Shown here: in pieces, positions 25,268 to 33,452 of the stretch
Position numbering within the stretch: position 1 is the first letter of the stretch
Layout: each line of letters begins with the position of its first letter
NCBI GenBank assembly: GCA_019689585.1
Contig: JADGHG010000001.1
Coordinates: forward strand, 1 to 55,930
Length of the DNA: 55,930 nt
Direction of reading: 5' to 3'
From: Clostridia bacterium
GTDB lineage: Bacteria; Bacillota; Sulfobacillia; RBS10-35; JADGHG01
Program-made: the position numbers and the translations under genes
The notes under the pieces: model-generated
What the model was told of the DNA's origin: nothing
The model's input: only the letters and a program-made list of their open reading frames with translations
The model's database searches: none

Positions 25268-26380
25268 GTGGTCGTCGGGGTTCCGAAGGAGATCAAGGCG
25301 GACGAGTACCGGGTCTCGCTCACCCCGGCCGGCGCGCGGGCGCTCGCCGCGCGCGGCCACCGGACGCTCGTCGAGCCGGGCGCCGGCCGGGGGAGCGGCT
25401 TCGCGGACGAGGAGTACCGCCGGGCGGGCGCGGAGCTCGCCCCGCGCGACGAGATCTTCGCCCGCGCCGAGATGATCCTGAAGGTGAAGGAGCCGCAGCC
25501 CGAGGAGGTGGAGCGGCTCAACGAGGGCCAGGTGCTCTTCACCTACCTCCACCTCGCGCCCGCTCCCGAGCTGACGCGGGGTCTCCTCGAGCGGGGCGTC
25601 GTCGCCATCGCCTACGAGACGGTGACGGCCGCGGACGGATCGCTCCCCTTGCTCACGCCGATGAGCGAGGTGGCCGGGCGCATGTCGGTCCAGATCGGGG
25701 CCCATTTCCTCGAGGAGCCACAGGGCGGCTCGGGGGTGCTGCTCGGCGGCGTGCCGGGCGTCGAGCCCGGCCACGTGGTGGTTCTGGGCGGCGGCGTCGT
25801 GGGGACGAACGCGGCCAAGATGGCGGTCGGCGTCGGCGCCAGAGTGACGATCCTCGACGTGAACGCCGAGCGGCTCCGCCAGCTCGACGACCTCTTCGGC
25901 GCGCGCGTCACGACCCTCATGTCGAACGAGTACTCGATCGGACAAGCCGTCCCGACGGCCGACCTCCTCATCGGCGCCGTCCTCATCCCGGGGGCGCGCG
26001 CGCCGCGCCTTGTGACGGCCGAGATGGTGCAGGAGATGCGGCCCGGCTCCGTCATCGTCGACGTGGCCATCGACCAGGGCGGGGTCGTCGAGACGTGCGA
26101 CCGCGTGACGACGCACGCCGACCCGGTCTACAAGCGCTACGGCGTCCAGCACTACGCGGTGGCGAACATGCCGGGCGCCGTGCCGCGCACGTCGACCTTC
26201 GCGCTCACGAACGCGACGCTTCCGTACGTCCTCGCGCTCGCCGCCCGCGGCTGGCGCGAGGCCGTGCGGGAGGACCCCCACCTCGCGGCCGGCGTCAACG
26301 TGGCGGCGGGGCGCGTCGTCCACCCCAAGGTGGCGGAGGCCCACGGGCTTCCGCACACGCCCTTGTCCGATCTCGTCTGA
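25268..26380 (+). CDS. ald: alanine dehydrogenase
   Basis: [61 protein letters not shown] 25268 follows GGGGGCGGA. Confidence 0.95.
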   Translation: MVVGVPKEIKADEYRVSLTPAGARALAARGHRTLVEPGAGRGSGFADEEYRRAGAELAPRDEIFARAEMILKVKEPQPEEVERLNEGQVLFTYLHLAPAPELTRGLLERGVVAIAYETVTAADGSLPLLTPMSEVAGRMSVQIGAHFLEEPQGGSGVLLGGVPGVEPGHVVVLGGGVVGTNAAKMAVGVGARVTILDVNAERLRQLDDLFGARVTTLMSNEYSIGQAVPTADLLIGAVLIPGARAPRLVTAEMVQEMRPGSVIVDVAIDQGGVVETCDRVTTHADPVYKRYGVQHYAVANMPGAVPRTSTFALTNATLPYVLALAARGWREAVREDPHLAAGVNVAAGRVVHPKVAEAHGLPHTPLSDLV

Positions 26381-26436
26381 GGACGCCGGCCCGGCCTCGC
26401 GGCGCGGGCCGGCCGGAGCGGCGGAGGAGGCCCCGC

Positions 26437-27321
26437 GTGCACCGGGTCGTCGCCGAGTACCTCGCCCACCTCCGCATCGAGAAGGGGCTCCTCGACAACA
26501 CGGTCGAGGCGTACCGGCGGGACCTGGCCGACTTCGACCGCTTCCTCGCCCGCGCAGGCGCCGAGCTGCCCCTCGCCCGCCGCGCGCACGTCCAGGACTA
26601 CCTGCGCTCGCAGCGCGAGGCGCACCGCGCTCCGGCGACGGTCGCGCGCCGCATGGCGGCCTTGCGCTCGTTCTACCGATACCTCGTCCACGCCGGCTGG
26701 CGCCCCGACGACCCCACGAGCGAGCTCGCCGGTCCGTCCCGTCCGCGCCGCCTGCCGCGCGTGCTCTCCGTCGCCGAGGTCGAGAAGCTCCTCGGCCAGC
26801 CGAAGGCGGAGACGGCGGCGGGTCTCCGCGACCGCGCCATGCTCGAGCTCGTCTACGCGGCCGGGCTCCGGGTCTCGGAGCTCGTCGGGCTCGACTGTCA
26901 GGACCTGCGCGCGGAGATCGGCTGCGTGCGCGTCCTTGGGAAGGGCGCGCGGGAGCGCATCGTGCCGGTCGGCTCGCACGCCCTCGGGGCGCTCGCCGAC
27001 TACCTCGCCCACGGCCGGCCGGCGCTCGCCCGCGATCCCCGGGAGACGGCGCTCTTCCTGAACCACCGGGGGCGCCGGCTCACGCGCCAGGGCTTCTGGA
27101 AAGTGTTGAAGCGGTACGCGCGCGAGGCCGGCATCGCGCGACCGATCACGCCCCACGTGTTCCGTCACTCGTTCGCGACGCACCTCCTCGAGAACGGCGC
27201 CGACCTGCGGGCCGTCCAGGAGATGCTGGGCCACGCCGACGTCAGCACGACGCAGATTTACACGCACGTGAGCGACGCGCGCCGCAAGGACGTCTACGCC
27301 GAGACGCACCCGAGGGCCTAG
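26437..27321 (+). CDS. xerD: site-specific tyrosine recombinase XerD
   Basis: GLRVSELVGL, GKGARERIVPVG, HVFRHSFATHLLENGADLRAVQEMLGHADVSTTQIYTHV (R..HxxR..Y). GTG 26437 follows GGAGGAGG. It forms the 3' end of a 1119-aa artefactual ORF. Confidence 0.9.
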   Translation: MHRVVAEYLAHLRIEKGLLDNTVEAYRRDLADFDRFLARAGAELPLARRAHVQDYLRSQREAHRAPATVARRMAALRSFYRYLVHAGWRPDDPTSELAGPSRPRRLPRVLSVAEVEKLLGQPKAETAAGLRDRAMLELVYAAGLRVSELVGLDCQDLRAEIGCVRVLGKGARERIVPVGSHALGALADYLAHGRPALARDPRETALFLNHRGRRLTRQGFWKVLKRYAREAGIARPITPHVFRHSFATHLLENGADLRAVQEMLGHADVSTTQIYTHVSDARRKDVYAETHPRA

Positions 27322-27357
27322 CCGGGTGCCGTGCTAGACTCCACGAGGGGGTAGGCC

Positions 27358-28149
27358 GTGCTCATCCCCGGCATCGATCCCTATCTCGTCCACCTCGGTC
27401 CGATCGGGATCCGCTGGTACGGCTTCTTCATGGCCGTGTCGATCGCGATCGGCATCGTCTGGTTCGTGCGCGAGGGGCGCAAGCGCGGGGTCGACGAGGA
27501 CTTCCTCTACAACGTGAGCTTTCTCGGCATCGTCGGCGGGGTGGTGGGCGCGAGGCTCGTCTACGTCGCGACGAACCTCCCGTATTTCGTCGCCTTCCCG
27601 GGCGAGATCGTGCGGGTCGACCACGGCGGCCTCTCGATCCACGGCGCGCTCCTCGGGGGCGCCGTCGCCCTCTTCGCCTACGCCTCGCGCCACCGCGTCC
27701 CGGTCGAGCCGCTCTTCGACTGGGCCGTGCCGGGGGTGGCCGTCGGGATCGCGCTCGTCCGCATCGGCAACATCTTCAACCAGGAGATCCTCGGCCACCC
27801 GGCGGAGATCCTCGGGGGCGCGCGCCACCCGGCCCAGCTCTACGGCTCGGCCATCGGCGTGGTGCTCCTTTGCGCCCACCTCCTCGCCTCGCGCCGCCCG
27901 ACGCCCGACGGCTACCGGTTCTGGTCGTTCTTCCTCTGGTACTCCGTCCTGCGCGGGGTGGTCGAGGAGAGCGTCCGCGACAACCCGCTCTATCTGGTCC
28001 ATTACGTAAACCCCGTCTACGGCGTCGGGTTCATGACCCTCACGCAGTGGGCGACGATCGTGCTCGTCCCGTTCGCGGCCCTGATGCGCGCGAGGGCGCT
28101 CCGGCGGAAGCGGTACTGGCGACCCGAGGCCGAGCCGCACCCCGCATGA
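27358..28149 (+). CDS. lgt: prolipoprotein diacylglyceryl transferase
   Basis: GPIGIRWYGFFMAVS, GARLVYV, GGLSIHGALLGG, VRIGNIFNQEILG, HPAQLY. Confidence 0.9.
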   Translation: MLIPGIDPYLVHLGPIGIRWYGFFMAVSIAIGIVWFVREGRKRGVDEDFLYNVSFLGIVGGVVGARLVYVATNLPYFVAFPGEIVRVDHGGLSIHGALLGGAVALFAYASRHRVPVEPLFDWAVPGVAVGIALVRIGNIFNQEILGHPAEILGGARHPAQLYGSAIGVVLLCAHLLASRRPTPDGYRFWSFFLWYSVLRGVVEESVRDNPLYLVHYVNPVYGVGFMTLTQWATIVLVPFAALMRARALRRKRYWRPEAEPHPA

Positions 28150-28261
28150 CGCCGCCCGCCGGCGGGGAAGCCTAGGCCGGGAGGTTCCGGCCCTGGACGA
28201 CCCCCGACAGAGGGCGGGTAAGGCGAGCCGGGCGAGGCCGGGCCAGCCGCGCTCCGGGCCC

Positions 28262-29449
28262 TTGCGCGCAGCCTTCGTCCTCGCGCTCGCCCTCTCCCTC
28301 GCCGCGCCCTCGGCCGTGCGGCCGGCCTTTGCGCAGGGCGAGGACGCGTCCTCGGGCGTCACCGCCCTCGCCCCCGGCGCACCCGCGCTCGCCTCGCCCT
28401 CGGCCGTGCTCATGGACGCCCTCTCCGGGCGCATCCTCCTCGCCAAGAACCCGCACGACCGGAGGAACCCGGCGAGCGTGACGAAGCTCATGACGCTCGC
28501 CGTGGCCCTCGACGCGCTCGCCGCCGGTCAGGTCGGCTGGTCCGACCCGGTGACGACGAGCCCGCACGCGGCGAGCATGGGCGGGAGTCAGGTCTTTCTC
28601 TCGCCGGGGGAGACGTTCTCCTTCGGCGACCTGGTGGCGGCCGTGGCGATCGCCTCGGCCAACGACGCCGCGATGGCGGTGGCGGAGCACGTCGCCGGGT
28701 CGGAGGAGGGCTTCGTCCGGCGCATGCAGGCGCTCGCCGAGGCGATCGGCATGCGGGACTCGACCTTCCGCAACCCCCACGGCCTCGACGCCGACGGTCA
28801 CGTGATGAGCGCCTACGACATCGCGCTCCTCTCGCGCTACCTCATCCTGCGCCACCCGGAGCTCCTCCGCCTCACCCGCACCTGGATGCGGCCCTTCCGC
28901 GAGCCGCCGCGCGAGTTCGTGCTCGTCAACACGAACAAGCTCCTCAAGCGCTACCCGGGGGTCGACGGGCTCAAGACGGGCTGGACGTCGGCGGCCGGCT
29001 ACTCGGTGAGCATCACGGCCCAGCGGGGCGAGACGAGGCTCGTCGCCGTCGTCCTCGGCGCGCCGACGGCCGCCGACCGCTGGTCGGACATCACGCGCAT
29101 GCTCGACTGGGGGTTCGCCAACTTCGCCTCCGTCGTCGTCGCCCGGGCCGGCGAGACGGTGGGGCGGGTCGCGGTCGACGCGGGCCGGGCGCGCGCGGTG
29201 GCGGTCGCGCCGGCTTCGCTCGTCGCCGTGACGGTGGGCAAGGGCGAGGCGGACGAGGTCGAGAGCCGGCTCGAGCTTCCGGCTCGCGTCGCGGCGCCGG
29301 TCGCGAAGGGCGACGTGCTCGGCCGCATCGTCGTCCGCGCCCCCGGCCAGTCGGAGCTCTCGGCGCCGCTTGCGGCGCAGGCCGAGGTGCCGCGGGCCGG
29401 CCTCTCCCTCCTCCTCGTCCGCCTCGTCCGCGCCTTCTGGCCGTTCTGA
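28262..29449 (+). CDS. dacF: D-alanyl-D-alanine carboxypeptidase (S11), DacF-like by position upstream of spoIIAA
   Basis: Signal peptide, SVTKLMT (SxxK), SANDAA (SxN), KTGWTSAAG (KTG). dacF-spoIIAA-AB-sigF synteny is conserved. Confidence 0.8.
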   Translation: MRAAFVLALALSLAAPSAVRPAFAQGEDASSGVTALAPGAPALASPSAVLMDALSGRILLAKNPHDRRNPASVTKLMTLAVALDALAAGQVGWSDPVTTSPHAASMGGSQVFLSPGETFSFGDLVAAVAIASANDAAMAVAEHVAGSEEGFVRRMQALAEAIGMRDSTFRNPHGLDADGHVMSAYDIALLSRYLILRHPELLRLTRTWMRPFREPPREFVLVNTNKLLKRYPGVDGLKTGWTSAAGYSVSITAQRGETRLVAVVLGAPTAADRWSDITRMLDWGFANFASVVVARAGETVGRVAVDAGRARAVAVAPASLVAVTVGKGEADEVESRLELPARVAAPVAKGDVLGRIVVRAPGQSELSAPLAAQAEVPRAGLSLLLVRLVRAFWPF

Positions 29450-29469
29450 GGTCGCGGGCCGCCGACGTC

Positions 29470-29476
29470 TGTCGAA
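29470..29476 (+). promoter_or_regulatory. perfect Spo0A box TGTCGAA upstream of spoIIAA
   Basis: An exact 7-mer match to the 0A-box consensus in the dacF-spoIIAA gap, about 100 nt upstream of the spoIIAA start. Confidence 0.4.
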
Positions 29477-29525
29477 GCGCGCGCTCGATCGACCCGGGCG
29501 CCCCCGCGCCGCGCCCCCCGCGCGG

Positions 29526-29553
29526 GCAGGATGGGTCCCGGTCGCCGCCGAAG
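29526..29553 (+). promoter_or_regulatory. weak sigma-H-like promoter (gcAGGAtgg-N12-gccGAAg)
   Basis: Partial match to RnAGGAwWW-N11-12-RnnGAATww. The position relative to the 0A box and the spoIIAA SD is plausible. Confidence 0.2.
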
Positions 29554-29575
29554 CCTGGCCGCGGAGGTCTCGGGC

Positions 29576-29917
29576 GTGCGCCTCAGGAAGCGGCTGCTGG
29601 AAGGGGCGCTCGTCGTCGCCGTCGAGGGCGACCTCGACGTCCAGGCCGCCCCGGTCTTCCGGGCGCAGGTCGAGGCCTGGCTCGACGAGGCCCCGGGCGC
29701 CCGGCTCGTCCTCGACCTCCGCAAGGTCGGCCTCATCGACAGCACCGGGCTCGGGGCGCTCCTCGGCCGGTACCGGCGCCTCAGCCAGGAAGGGCTCGCG
29801 ATGGCGATCGTCGCCCCGCCCGGCCCGGCGCTCGCCGTCCTCTCCATGGGGGGGCTCACCACGCTCGTCCCTGTCTACCGCTCGCTCGACGAGGCGCTCG
29901 GGGTGCGGGCGCGATGA
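29576..29917 (+). CDS. spoIIAA: anti-sigma F factor antagonist SpoIIAA (STAS)
   Basis: GTG 29576 lies 7 nt after GGAGGT and gives a 113-aa product. LVVAVEGDLDV, and DLRKVGLIDSTGLGALLG with the phosphorylatable Ser. ATG 29531 has no spaced SD. Confidence 0.85.
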   Translation: MRLRKRLLEGALVVAVEGDLDVQAAPVFRAQVEAWLDEAPGARLVLDLRKVGLIDSTGLGALLGRYRRLSQEGLAMAIVAPPGPALAVLSMGGLTTLVPVYRSLDEALGVRAR

Positions 29918-30372
29918 CGCCGAACCGGATGCGCCTCGTCCTTCCGGCCTACGCCGACAACGTCGGCGTGGCCCGCGTCGCCGTCGCCGCCTTCGCGAGC
30001 CAGCTCGACTTCACGGTCGCCGAGATCGAGGAGCTCAAGGTCGCCGTCTCGGAGGCCGTCACGAACGCCGTCATCCACGCCTACCGGGGCCGGGAGCCCG
30101 GCGAGGTCGTCGTCCTCGCCGAGTGCGACGAGCAGGGGCTGCGCGTGACGGTCGCCGACACCGGGGTCGGCATCGAGGACGTCGAGCGGGCGCGCGAGGC
30201 CGCCTACACGACCTCCGACGACCCCGACCACCTCGGCCTCGGCTTCACGTTCATGGAGACGTTCTCGGACCGCGTCGAGGTGACCTCGGCCCCGGGCCGC
30301 GGCACGCGCGTCGTCCTGTACAAGACCCCCCGCGAGGTGCGCGCGCGCGCCGTCCCCGAACCCGGCCCGTGA
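29914..30372 (+). CDS. spoIIAB: anti-sigma F factor SpoIIAB (serine kinase)
   Basis: N-box AVSEAVTNAVIHAY, G1 DTGVGI, G2 GLGFTFM. ATGA overlap with spoIIAA. Confidence 0.9.
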   Translation: MTPNRMRLVLPAYADNVGVARVAVAAFASQLDFTVAEIEELKVAVSEAVTNAVIHAYRGREPGEVVVLAECDEQGLRVTVADTGVGIEDVERAREAAYTTSDDPDHLGLGFTFMETFSDRVEVTSAPGRGTRVVLYKTPREVRARAVPEPGP

Positions 30373-31103
30373 CGCCGCCGGCCGGCGGCCCCGAGCCCCT
30401 CGCCCCGAGCCGGGCGGGGGGAGGCGGGGGCGCCGAGGAAGGCTGGCTCCGCGACCTGGCGCCCGTCGTGCGCCAGGCCGCGCGCCGGTTCGCCGCCTCG
30501 GGAGCGCCCTTCGCCGACCTCGAGCAGGCCGGCTACCTCGGCGCGCTCGAGGCCGTCCGCCGCTACGACCCGGCTCGCGGCACGCCGCTTCGCGCCTTCG
30601 CGACGCCCTTCGTCCTGGCCGAGATGCGCCGCGCCGCGCAGGAGCTCCTGCCCGGCCCCGACGTCGGCCGGCGGGCCGTCCGCCGGCGGAACGAGATCCG
30701 CGCCGCGGAGGAGCGCCTCGCGCAGGAGCTCGGGCGCGCGCCGACCGCGCGCGAGGTGGCGGCGGCCCTCGGCATCCCGGTCGACGAGCTGGCGTCGCTC
30801 CTTTCGGCCTTGCGGCCGCCGGAGCCGCTTTCAGGCGACGGGGAGGAGGACGGCCGCGACCGCCCGCCCCGGGAGCCGGCGAGCCCCTCGTTCGAGGAGG
30901 CGTGGCTTGCCCGGGCGGAGGTCCGCCGGGCCCTCGCGCGGCTTCCCGAGCGCGAGCGCCGCCTCCTCTGGCTCCGGTACGCGGCCGGCCTCTCGCAGAC
31001 GGAGGCCGCGGCGAGGCTGGGCGTCTCGCAGTCGCAGGTCTCGCGCTTGGAGCGGCGCGCCCTGCGGCTCGCGCGCGCCGCATTGGAGGGCCGCGCCGTG
31101 TGA
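30369..31103 (+). CDS. sigF: sporulation sigma factor SigF
   Basis: Region 2 DLEQAGYLGALEAVRRYDP..FATPFVLAEMRR. Region 4 LSQTEAAARLGVSQSQVSRLERRAL. GTGA overlap with spoIIAB. Confidence 0.9.
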   Translation: MTPPAGGPEPLAPSRAGGGGGAEEGWLRDLAPVVRQAARRFAASGAPFADLEQAGYLGALEAVRRYDPARGTPLRAFATPFVLAEMRRAAQELLPGPDVGRRAVRRRNEIRAAEERLAQELGRAPTAREVAAALGIPVDELASLLSALRPPEPLSGDGEEDGRDRPPREPASPSFEEAWLARAEVRRALARLPERERRLLWLRYAAGLSQTEAAARLGVSQSQVSRLERRALRLARAALEGRAV

Positions 31104-31115
31104 ACGATAGCGGCG

Positions 31116-31541
31116 ATGGACGCCTTCCTGCGCCGGGTCGCCGTCCTCGCCCTCCTCTTGACCGCCCTCCTCATCGCCGCGCTCACGCTCCTCTCGCTCG
31201 CGGGCCGTCCCGCGCGCGAGCCGGCGCCGCCACCCGGCGCCGTGCTCGTCGCCGCGCCCGCGCCGCATGGGCTCGGCCGGGCGGAGGGAGACTACCGGGC
31301 GCACGCCACCGGTTGGGAGGTGCGGACCGAGGTGGAGGTCGTGAAAGTCGTCGAGCTCGTAGGCGACTCCCCTTCGAGCTGGCAGGAGGCCGTCGAGAAC
31401 GCGGTGCGCGAGGCGGCGAAGAGCGTGCCCGGCATCACCGGGGTCGAGGTCTACAACCTGACGGCGAACGTGCGGGACGGGCGGCTCGTCGAGTACAAGG
31501 CCAACGTGAAGGTCGCCTACGTGGACGGGGAGCGCCGGTAG
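31116..31541 (+). CDS. membrane-anchored dodecin-domain protein
   Basis: N-terminal TM helix (VAVLALLLTALLIAALTLLSL), a Pro/Ala linker, then VVKVVELVGDSPSSWQEAVENAVREAAKSVPGITGVEVYNLTANVRDGRLVEYKANVKVAY, which matches the roughly 68-aa dodecin fold pattern. Confidence 0.7.
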   Translation: MDAFLRRVAVLALLLTALLIAALTLLSLAGRPAREPAPPPGAVLVAAPAPHGLGRAEGDYRAHATGWEVRTEVEVVKVVELVGDSPSSWQEAVENAVREAAKSVPGITGVEVYNLTANVRDGRLVEYKANVKVAYVDGERR

Positions 31542-32003
31542 GTGGCGAAGGCGGACGAGCGCGAACGGCGCCGGTACCTCGAGCTGCGCAGTCGCGTGGC
31601 GCCGCGTCATCCCAGGCTCCGGAACGCGGCGCGCGCCTTCGCCGTCGGCGGGCTCATCTGCGCGGCCGGCGAGGGCGTCATGACCTATTTCATGCGCCTC
31701 GGCCTCTCGGCCGACCAGGCGGCCCTGCCGACGGCCGCCCTCCTCGTCCTCTTCGGGTCGGTCCTCACGGGCCTTGGCGTGTACGACCGCTGGGTGCGCT
31801 ACGCCGGCATGGGCGCCTCGCTCCCCATCACGGGCTTCGCGAACGCGATCGTGGCCCCGGCGATGGAGTTCCGCCGCGAGGGCTGGGTGATGGGCGTGGG
31901 CGCGCGCATGTTCGAGGTGGCGGGGCCCGTCATCGTCTTCGGCACGCTCGCCTCGGTCGTCGTCGGGCTCGGCTGGTACCTCCTGGCGGGACCGGCCCGG
32001 TGA
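31542..32003 (+). CDS. spoVAC: stage V sporulation protein AC
   Basis: AFAVGGLICAAGEG, GASLPITGFANAIVAPAMEFRREG, GARMFEVAGPVIVFG. Confidence 0.9.
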   Translation: MAKADERERRRYLELRSRVAPRHPRLRNAARAFAVGGLICAAGEGVMTYFMRLGLSADQAALPTAALLVLFGSVLTGLGVYDRWVRYAGMGASLPITGFANAIVAPAMEFRREGWVMGVGARMFEVAGPVIVFGTLASVVVGLGWYLLAGPAR

Positions 32004-33061
32004 GCGCCCTCCTCGCCGGCCCCCGCCCGGCCGCGCGGCGGGTCGGGGCGGGCACGTGGACGTTCCCCTCGCGCCCGCGCCTTGTGCGCTGGGCGAGCGT
32101 CGTCGGGCGGCTCGAGGGGGAGGGGCCGCTCGCAGCCGGCTTCGACGAGGGGGGCCGCGGGCGCCGCCGCGGGCCCCCGCGGGGGGCGGCGGCCGCGGCC
32201 GCGGGGGGGCGGCGCGCGGCGCGCCGCGCGCTCGACGGGCTCAAGGGCGGACCGCCCGAACTCCACCTGGGAGGCGACCTCCTCGACCAGAACACGCCCA
32301 CCCACTTCGCGGCCCGCGACCTCGACATCCCGGCCTTCGGCCTCTTCTCGGCCTGCGCCACCTTGACGGCCGGGCTCGCGGAGGCCGCGCTCGCCGTCGA
32401 CGGCGGCTTCTGCCGGCGCGTGCTCGTCACCGTCTCGAGCCACCACGAGACGGCCGAGCGCCAGTACCGCTTCCCGATCGAGTTCGGACACCAGCGCCCG
32501 GCGACGGCCCAGTGGACGGCGACGGCGGCCGCCGCGTTCGTCGTCGCGGGCGCGGAGGAGGGGGGAGCGGACGGCGTCGCCATCGCCTCGGCCACGCCGG
32601 GCCGGGTGATCGACTACGGGATCTCCGACCCCTACGACATGGGCTCGGCCATGGCCCCGGCGGCGGCCGACACGATCGAGCGCCACCTGCGCGACACCGG
32701 CCGCTCCCCGCGCGACTACGACGCGATCGTCACGGGCGACCTGGCCGAGGTCGGAAGCGAGCTCCTGCGCATCCTCCTCGGCGAGCGCGGCATCGAGCTC
32801 GGCGACCGTCACGAGGACTGCGGGCTCCTCCTCTACGATCGCCGGCGGCACGACGTCCACGCGGGCGGGAGCGGGGCGGGCCAGTGCGCGGCCGTCTTCG
32901 CCGCCCGTCACCTGCCGGCCTTGCGAGCCGGCCGGCTGCGACGCGTCCTCCTCGTCGCGACGGGCGCCCTCTTGAGCCCGACGACCTACCGCCAGGGGGA
33001 GTCGATCCCGGCCGTCGCCCACGCCGTCGCCTTCGAGTCCGGCGCGCCCGAGGCGGGCTGA
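32000..33061 (+). CDS. spoVAD: stage V sporulation protein AD
   Basis: GGDLLDQ, FGLFSACATL, VSSHHETAERQYRFPIEFG, DMGSAMAPAAADTI, VATGALLSPTTYRQGESIPAVAHAV. GTGA overlap with spoVAC. It contains an aberrant Gly/Arg/Ala segment (see the repeat feature). Confidence 0.9.
   Translation: MSALLAGPRPAARRVGAGTWTFPSRPRLVRWASVVGRLEGEGPLAAGFDEGGRGRRRGPPRGAAAAAAGGRRAARRALDGLKGGPPELHLGGDLLDQNTPTHFAARDLDIPAFGLFSACATLTAGLAEAALAVDGGFCRRVLVTVSSHHETAERQYRFPIEFGHQRPATAQWTATAAAAFVVAGAEEGGADGVAIASATPGRVIDYGISDPYDMGSAMAPAAADTIERHLRDTGRSPRDYDAIVTGDLAEVGSELLRILLGERGIELGDRHEDCGLLLYDRRRHDVHAGGSGAGQCAAVFAARHLPALRAGRLRRVLLVATGALLSPTTYRQGESIPAVAHAVAFESGAPEAG
32149..32231 (+). repeat. 83-nt uninterrupted G/C-only tract (low complexity, G-run rich) inside spoVAD
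   Basis: There is no A or T between a32148 and t32232. It encodes [27 protein letters not shown] and has several G3-G7 runs. Confidence 0.9.
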
Positions 33062-33063
33062 CC

Positions 33064-33414
33064 GTGGACTACCTCCTCGCCTTCGCCTTCGGCGGCTTCC
33101 TCTGCGCCGTGGCGCAGCTCGTCGTCGACTCCACGCGGCTCAGCCCGGCGCACGTGCTGGTCGGGTTCGTCGTGGCGGGCGCCCTCGCCAGCGGCCTCGG
33201 GCTCTACGAGCCGCTCGTCGAGCTCTTCGGGGCCGGCGCGACGGTGCCGCTTCCCGGCTTCGGCCACGCGCTCGCCCAGGGGGCGATCCGGGAGACGGCC
33301 GAGCACGGCTGGGTCGGCGTCTTCACAGGCGGCCTCGCGGCCACGGCCATGGGGCTGACGGCGGCCGTCGTCTTCGGGGCGCTCGCCGCGCTCGCCTTCC
33401 GGCCGAAGGCCTGA
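33064..33414 (+). CDS. spoVAE: stage V sporulation protein AE (SpoVAEB-type)
   Basis: AFAFGGFLCAVAQLVVD, GAGATVPLPGFGHALAQG. 116 aa. GTG 33064 lies 2 nt after the spoVAD stop. Confidence 0.85.
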   Translation: MDYLLAFAFGGFLCAVAQLVVDSTRLSPAHVLVGFVVAGALASGLGLYEPLVELFGAGATVPLPGFGHALAQGAIRETAEHGWVGVFTGGLAATAMGLTAAVVFGALAALAFRPKA

Positions 33415-33422
33415 GGGAGCCG

Positions 33423-33452
33423 TTGACGCCTCGCCGCGCGAAGCCCTAGCAT
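33423..33452 (+). promoter_or_regulatory. possible sigma-A promoter TTGACG-18 nt-TAGCAT in front of lysA
   Basis: -35 at 33423-33428 and -10 at 33447-33452. The -10 includes the first ATG of the lysA ORF, which would imply a leaderless start at ATG 33460. Confidence 0.3.

Noticed and set aside
23962-27321. 1119-aa ORF on the + strand
   Set aside because: Same artefact. Only the 3' end (26437-27321) is XerD. The rest is an Arg/Gly/Pro-rich translation out of frame with DUF3866, spoIIM and ald.
26437-27321. Tyrosine recombinase as a marker of an integrated mobile element
   Set aside because: The sequence and neighbourhood (spoIIM-ald-xerD-lgt) fit the housekeeping chromosome-dimer resolvase XerD. 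No att-like repeats, phage genes or transposition genes flank it.
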